Of a stretch of DNA of 64,000 nt, positions 60,678-64,000 are shown piece after piece. Every line of letters begins with the position of its first letter. Within the stretch, counting starts at the first letter, position 1. The notes beneath the pieces were generated by a model. That model was given only the letters and a program-made list of their open reading frames with translations. It was not told where the DNA came from and did not search any database. The translations under genes and the position numbers were made by a program. The DNA lies in contig CAVUKB010000005.1 in NCBI GenBank assembly GCA_963741955.1, forward strand, positions 1,088,001 to 1,152,000, written 5' to 3'. The DNA is from an uncultured Acidobacteriota bacterium. Lineage in GTDB: Bacteria > Acidobacteriota > Thermoanaerobaculia > Gp7-AA8.

Positions 60678-61699
60678 AAGCCTCTCCGGCAGCGACGATC
60701 GACGTGGAGCGATTCATCCTCTCCCGGCGCGATCGATGGAATCGTCTCGGACGGCTCCTCGACGTCGCAGAGAACGCTCCGGAAAGAGAGCTCGGGGCAG
60801 AGCGCATTCAGGAGCTCGTCGAACTCTATCGCTCCGCATGTTCCGATCTGAACGAGGCTCGGTCCTACACCGCCAATCCCGAGCTTCTCGGCCGGCTGAA
60901 TCAGCTGACCGGGAGGGCTTATCGCTTCGTCTATCGCGGTACGCGCTCGCGTCCTCTGCGCCGCTCCCTGACGCAGCTGATCACCTCGGAGATCCCCGCT
61001 GCGTTCCGGCGCCGGAAGAGCTACGTCCTCTCCGCAGCCGGCGCGCTGCTGGTCGGAATGCTCTTCGGAATCGTTGCGGTGGCGCTCGATCCGGCCAACG
61101 GACAGCGCCTCGTGCCGATGCAGTTCTTCACCGAAAGGCCGAGCCAGAGAGTGCAGAGAATCGAGCAGGGAGACGAACGGATCGATTCAATCGAAAAGGC
61201 GGCGTATTTCGGAGCGTCGCTCTACACCCACAACATCAAGGTCTCGCTCCTCGCGTTCGGCCTCGGTGCTCTTACTTTCTTCGGAGCGTATCTCCTCCTC
61301 TTCTTCAATGGAGTGATTCTCGGAGCGATCGGTACGTTGTACGTTCTCGATGGAGTGCCCCTCTTTTTCTTTGCCTGGGTCGGTCCTCACGGAGGTCTCG
61401 AGATCCCGGCGATCGTCTTCGGAGCGGCCGCCGGCCTTCTGGCAGGAGAGGCATTCCTTTTCCCGGGAGACCTGAGCCGGGCCCGATCCGTTCGCCTCGC
61501 TTTTCCGGACATCTGGAGAATGATCCTTGCCACGGCGATCACGCTGGTGCTGGCCGGAATCGTCGAGGGCTCCTTCTCGCAATTCTCTTCGAAGACCTTT
61601 TCGTACCCCGTAAAGATCGTGGTCGCTCTTCTGCTCTTCACGTCGCTGATCAGCTACCTCTTCCTGAGCCGTCACGACGGCGGCGGAGAGTCGCCATGA
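60674..61699 (+). CDS. Stage II sporulation protein M (DUF95) family membrane protein
   Basis: YR.ACSDL..AR, HNIKVSL, NGVILG, PHGGLEIPAI, LAGIVEG. Confidence 0.88.
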   Translation: MKASPAATIDVERFILSRRDRWNRLGRLLDVAENAPERELGAERIQELVELYRSACSDLNEARSYTANPELLGRLNQLTGRAYRFVYRGTRSRPLRRSLTQLITSEIPAAFRRRKSYVLSAAGALLVGMLFGIVAVALDPANGQRLVPMQFFTERPSQRVQRIEQGDERIDSIEKAAYFGASLYTHNIKVSLLAFGLGALTFFGAYLLLFFNGVILGAIGTLYVLDGVPLFFFAWVGPHGGLEIPAIVFGAAAGLLAGEAFLFPGDLSRARSVRLAFPDIWRMILATAITLVLAGIVEGSFSQFSSKTFSYPVKIVVALLLFTSLISYLFLSRHDGGGESP

Positions 61700-62448
61700 G
61701 ACGGAGGGAGTTCGTGGTGGTCACTCCGGAGCACGTCGAGATCCGGCTCGAGCCGGCGGGGCTCGGCAGCCGTTTCCTCGCGCTTCTGACTGATGCCGCG
61801 ATCATCATGAGCATCGCCGCCACCATCGGAGGGATTACCGCGAAGATCGCCGGCCCGGGAATCGGGATGGCAGTCCTCGCTTCGGTGAGCCTCTTTCTCT
61901 CCATCGCGTATCACATCTGGTTCGAGACACGCCGCGAGGGGCGGAGCCCGGGGAAGAAGATCACCGGACTGAGGGTGGTCGACGCCCGCGGTCTTCCGAT
62001 CGGACTGGAACAGTCGCTGGTCAGGAACATCACCAGGACGGTCGATTTCCTGCCGGCCTTCTATGCGTTGGGAGCGATCGTGGCGTTGTTCGACCCGAAT
62101 GGACGTCGATTCGGCGATCTTCTCGCCGACACGATGGTGATCCGTGAGGACACTCCTCTCGAAGCACCGGCGTCTCTCGCATCGGTACGGAAGTACAACT
62201 CACTCCGGACTCCTCGGGTGATGAGAATGATCCGTCACCGGATCTCACTCGAGGAGAGAGAGCTCCTCCTCTCGCTGGTCCTGCGTGGAGAGCGGCTCGA
62301 GCCGGGGGCGCGTTACGACCTGATGGAAGAGGTCGGGAACTGGTATCGCGACCGCCTCGGGATCGACGATCCGAATCTGAGCGGCGAGAATCTGGTGCGA
62401 GGTCTCACCAGCATCGTCTTCTCTCGCCGGGAAGGATCAGTGGAGTGA
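61696..62448 (+). CDS. RDD family protein
   Basis: TPEHVEI...AGLGSRFLALLTD, SPGKKITGLRVV, RRFGDLLADT. Confidence 0.88.
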   Translation: MRRREFVVVTPEHVEIRLEPAGLGSRFLALLTDAAIIMSIAATIGGITAKIAGPGIGMAVLASVSLFLSIAYHIWFETRREGRSPGKKITGLRVVDARGLPIGLEQSLVRNITRTVDFLPAFYALGAIVALFDPNGRRFGDLLADTMVIREDTPLEAPASLASVRKYNSLRTPRVMRMIRHRISLEERELLLSLVLRGERLEPGARYDLMEEVGNWYRDRLGIDDPNLSGENLVRGLTSIVFSRREGSVE

Positions 62449-62567
62449 TTCCGCGGATCGCATGGACCGGTCGATCTGATACAATTCAGCTCTCCCGCTC
62501 CCGGACAACCCAACCATGAGCCTCAGCGAAGTGCGGCCCCTTCGCACAGTGGCAAAGGAGAGCAATC

Positions 62568-63164
62568 ATGTTGATCTGCCGCAATCATCCCGAGATCACC
62601 GCCGGGGTGGTCCGCTGCTCCCGCTGCATGGTTCCATACTGCAGCAACTGTCTGGTCCGGATTCAGGGAAAGCCTTTTTGCGGGACCTGCAAAATCGAGC
62701 ACGTCACCGATGTTCGCTCCGGAGTGAGTCCCGATGAGCTCGAGCTCGCGGGGATCGGCAGACGCTTCGTCGCCATCTGGCTCGACGGCTTCATTCTCGC
62801 GATCCCTGTGATGGTCGTCGTCTTCGTGGTCATCTTCTCCGCCGCCCTCGCCTCGGGCGGAAAATCCGAGCCCCCGGGCTGGGTCAGCCTGGCCGGCTAT
62901 GGCACCGCAGTCATCTTCATCGTGTATGAGGGACTGATGCTGGGCGCGCGGGGACAGACTCTCGGAAAGATGGCCATGAAGATCAAGGTGGTGTCCGCTG
63001 ACGGGGGTGACATCTCGAAAGGGCAGGCTTGGGGACGTTCGGTGATGCGGGCGATCTTCGTCAGCCTCCTCTCGCTGATCAATTATCTTCCGGCCTTCTT
63101 CACCAAAGAGAAGACCTGCATTCACGACATGGCTGCGAAGACCCGGGTCATACTCTGGAGATGA
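62568..63164 (+). CDS. B-box-like Zn finger fused to an RDD domain
   Basis: CRNHP...CSRC...CSNC...CGTC; AGIGRRFVAIWLD, GQTLGKMAMKIKVV, IHDMAAKTRV. Confidence 0.85.
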   Translation: MLICRNHPEITAGVVRCSRCMVPYCSNCLVRIQGKPFCGTCKIEHVTDVRSGVSPDELELAGIGRRFVAIWLDGFILAIPVMVVVFVVIFSAALASGGKSEPPGWVSLAGYGTAVIFIVYEGLMLGARGQTLGKMAMKIKVVSADGGDISKGQAWGRSVMRAIFVSLLSLINYLPAFFTKEKTCIHDMAAKTRVILWR

Positions 63165-63167
63165 CGG

Positions 63168-63773
63168 ATGGAGGCGACGGCAAAGTCCACCCGTGCTTAT
63201 CAGGGCCCCTCCTGCCCGCGCTGCAGTCAGCCGCTCGATCACGCCACACTGATCAGCGGACCGAATACCTGCCCACGCTGCAGACGATCCTTCCAGGCGG
63301 TCCGATTCGATCCGGCACCTCCCGACGCGCGGATTGCGCGCGTCGGAGAAGGAGGGCCGACCGGCGACACACCATGTGCGAACCATCCCATGAATGCAGC
63401 GGTGATCGAGTGCAGCCGTTGCGGAACCTTCATCTGTGCACTCTGCCGGATCGACACCGACGGGAAAGCCCTCTGTCCGGCGTGCTTCGAACGTCTCTCC
63501 GCGGACGGATCGCTCGAGGGAACGACCATGACGTTCCGGGACTACGGCGCGTTGTCCAGCACCAGCGCCGTCGCCGGCTGCCTGATCTATTTCATCGGCA
63601 TTCTCACCGGCCTTCTCGCCATTTACTACGGCATCCGCGGCTTGCGTCAGAAGAAAGAGCTCGGTGATCGCGACGGAGTGGCGGGAATCTGGGGCGCCAT
63701 CACACTCGGAGTGCTCGAGTCTCTGATCGGCGGATTCATCGTCTTCTATCTCCTGATCGAGGTGGCGAAATGA
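63168..63773 (+). CDS. Double Zn-finger (ribbon plus B-box-like) membrane protein
   Basis: CPRC..CPRC; CANHP...CSRCGTFICALC...CPAC; two C-terminal TM segments. Confidence 0.8.
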   Translation: MEATAKSTRAYQGPSCPRCSQPLDHATLISGPNTCPRCRRSFQAVRFDPAPPDARIARVGEGGPTGDTPCANHPMNAAVIECSRCGTFICALCRIDTDGKALCPACFERLSADGSLEGTTMTFRDYGALSSTSAVAGCLIYFIGILTGLLAIYYGIRGLRQKKELGDRDGVAGIWGAITLGVLESLIGGFIVFYLLIEVAK

Positions 63774-64000
63774 CCCCGACCAGACGACGCCTGCTCGGCA
63801 AGCGAATCGGGTTCGTCACCCGTGAGAGGATCTACCGGGTCGAGGACGCTCTCGAGATCGACGAGTCCGATCACTACATGGTCACCCGGAAACGGGTCTT
63901 CTTCGACGACGTCCTCCTCGTGACTCGACATCAGAAGCTCGGAGCCGCTTTCCTGAGCATCACCGGAAGTCTGGCCCTTCTCTTCGTCTTCGTCTCGATC
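63770..64000 (+). CDS. Hypothetical membrane protein, truncated by the window end
   Basis: ATGA overlap with the previous gene; MTPTRRRLLGKRIGFVTRERIYRVEDALEIDE... stays open to the edge. Confidence 0.65.
   Translation, partial: MTPTRRRLLGKRIGFVTRERIYRVEDALEIDESDHYMVTRKRVFFDDVLLVTRHQKLGAAFLSITGSLALLFVFVSI

Overview
GC-rich bacterial DNA; the gene content suggests Acidobacteriota (Thermoanaerobaculia-like), which is an inference. The flanks hold ordinary genes: an IorAB-like Mo-oxidoreductase and a patatin on the left; a Zn-protease, REC-GGDEF, AlkZ/YcaQ, M48 peptidase, RND pump and a MoxR/DUF58/RDD cluster on the right. Between them lies a ~37 kb defence island (about 5.8-43 kb) bracketed by long tandem arrays that share a BoxC-like hairpin core. 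The island carries an 82-repeat CRISPR array (hand count) with cas2 and a cas4-cas1 fusion. The main finding is one translationally coupled operon in which a complete type III-C Cmr module (cmr1-cmr6-cas10-cmr4-cmr5-cmr3) sits between cas3 and csx17(cas8g)-csb1-csb2 of a type I-G system. Its Cas10 appears to lack both the HD and GGDD catalytic motifs. Upstream are a WYL regulator and an orphan hsdM plus rhuM. A PafBC-like promoter motif (TGACAG-N10-TACGTT) occurs three times, pointing into hsdM and the cas operon. All family calls come from motif recognition by eye; no database searches were run.
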